A stretch of 64,000 bases of DNA. Origin: Lepidodermella squamata. Its lineage: Eukaryota; Animalia; Gastrotricha. Position 1 is the first letter of the stretch. Each line of letters begins with the position of its first letter. Below are positions 62,732 through 64,000 of this stretch, in pieces. A model generated the notes under the pieces. It was not told the origin of the DNA. It searched no databases and saw nothing but the letters and a program-made list of their open reading frames with translations. The position numbers and the translations under genes were made by a program. Location: contig JBLDXI010000001.1 of assembly GCA_047495785.1 (NCBI GenBank), positions 2,108,001 to 2,172,000 of the forward strand, written 5' to 3'.

Positions 62732-63070
62732 TCAGCCGTTGAAAACATTTCCGATGACCTCGCCGACACGTTCCGCCTTGTGCGCAGCCAACGAGAGACA
62801 AACGTCTTCATTATCGGCGTTGCACTCGGCCCACCTCGCCTTCCAGCACGTTTTCCAACAGCGGGTGACGCATTTTTCTCGGCAAATGATGTTGCAACCG
62901 GTGTAGCAATCGCTGGTCAGCACGAGTGCGGCGTAAACAGCGGCGGCGATGAGCAGGGCGAGGATGAGGAGCATGATGAAAACGAGGCAACAGCACCGCG
63001 AACCGGCTCGCCGCGGCTTTTTCGGCTTCACGATTTGCTCGGTGCGATAGTACGTTGGCGGTGGAATCAT
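62732..63070 (-). CDS. Small type II membrane 8-Cys protein (family member 4; an upstream exon is possible)
   Basis: Basic juxtamembrane CCC, TM, then SDCYTGCNIICREKCVTRCWKTCWKARWAECNADNEDVC. Confidence 0.75.
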   Translation of the reverse strand: MIPPPTYYRTEQIVKPKKPRRAGSRCCCLVFIMLLILALLIAAAVYAALVLTSDCYTGCNIICREKCVTRCWKTCWKARWAECNADNEDVCLSLAAHKAERVGEVIGNVFNG

Positions 63071-64000
63071 CGGCTGTCGCGATGCGTCATGTCTAGTTAT
63101 TTTTTCAAATTTAAACTGTTATTCCAGAGAATTTTTCCGAAAATTTACTTGGCTGTGTATCCTTGACCACGGTAAATTTGATTAGACATCTTTAAAAAAC
63201 TATTGCTATATGGAAAAAATAAAATATTCAATTTGAAAATTAATCGATGCACCTTTTTGGTGGAATAAATTTCGGAAAATCGATTATGTGTTATTCAATA
63301 TTTCGTGCTATAATATCCCGTAAAATTCCTGTATTACGGGTTAGTTCAGTTTTGAAGCTGAAGAATGGTATCCAAAAGGTCTTTGAACCATGAATATTTC
63401 CAACTTTGATGTTCTTGATAAGAATTTGTACCTTCAATGCTGTTTTCCCGAATTTTAAATTTAAAAAAAATCCGGAAGTTTGGGATCTCGCCACTTCAAG
63501 TTTTGAAGCGTTCCAAGCTAATTTAAGTTGTTTCAAATGAAACCTAAAGCGCGCGTAAAATTATTTAATTTTTTTGCATGAAAATCCCACCTTAAAATAG
63601 ATTCATTATTGTGCATCGCAAGCTCAACTTTTCTCTGACTAAAAAATGGTCATGAAAATTGGTGTAATTACCTATAATTACCTCTCGGGTCGAGAAGTGC
63701 AAAATTTCAGTAACAAAATTGAAACGTAGAAACATGAGTTAGCTAATAGTTAATGGATATCAGAGTTCATAAAAGTCACGAACTCGCTTTAGATTCACTA
63801 CAGAAGTTTCACTATAAGGTGTTGTAAAACTCAGCGCTTGATACTAGGTTATAAAGATGAAAACGATCCAAGTTTGTACTTTTTGGCATTCCATTGACAC
63901 TGCGCATAGAGATGAGCATTACAGATTGAAAAGTTTAGGGCAAAGTAGTAAGTAGAAAAAATGATAATAAAAACATTATGAATACCTGTGAGTGAGTGTT

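Overview
Gene-dense genomic DNA from a eukaryote, most likely an invertebrate animal (short 30-60 nt GT-AG introns, a CECR2-type chromatin gene, NIT-type receptor cyclases). The species cannot be determined from this window. All gene models were spliced by hand. Left to right: (1) two paralogous minus-strand genes for secreted, probably GPI-anchored Cys-rich surface proteins, flanking a fungal-type cytochrome b5-fused (Delta8-sphingolipid-like) desaturase; (2) a CECR2-like DDT/WHIM/bromodomain gene; (3) a tail-to-tail pair of two-TM NIT-like receptor nucleotide cyclases, both with degenerate catalytic residues; (4) a very compact co-oriented minus-strand cluster (ankyrin protein, two CD225/dispanins, an orphan, an alpha/beta-hydrolase pseudogene); (5) a TTAA-flanked piggyBac-like derivative folded into three tandem long hairpins, reminiscent of maize Mu killer, next to a Crypton tyrosine-recombinase remnant; (6) a three-repeat Cys-rich GPI-type gene; (7) three tandem intron-containing thermolysin/vibriolysin-like M4 proteases with bacterial architecture (probable horizontal transfer); (8) a four-member family of small type II membrane proteins with an unrecognised 8-Cys ectodomain. 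Several MITEs with 9-bp target-site duplications are interspersed. No rRNA, tRNA or CRISPR array could be supported.
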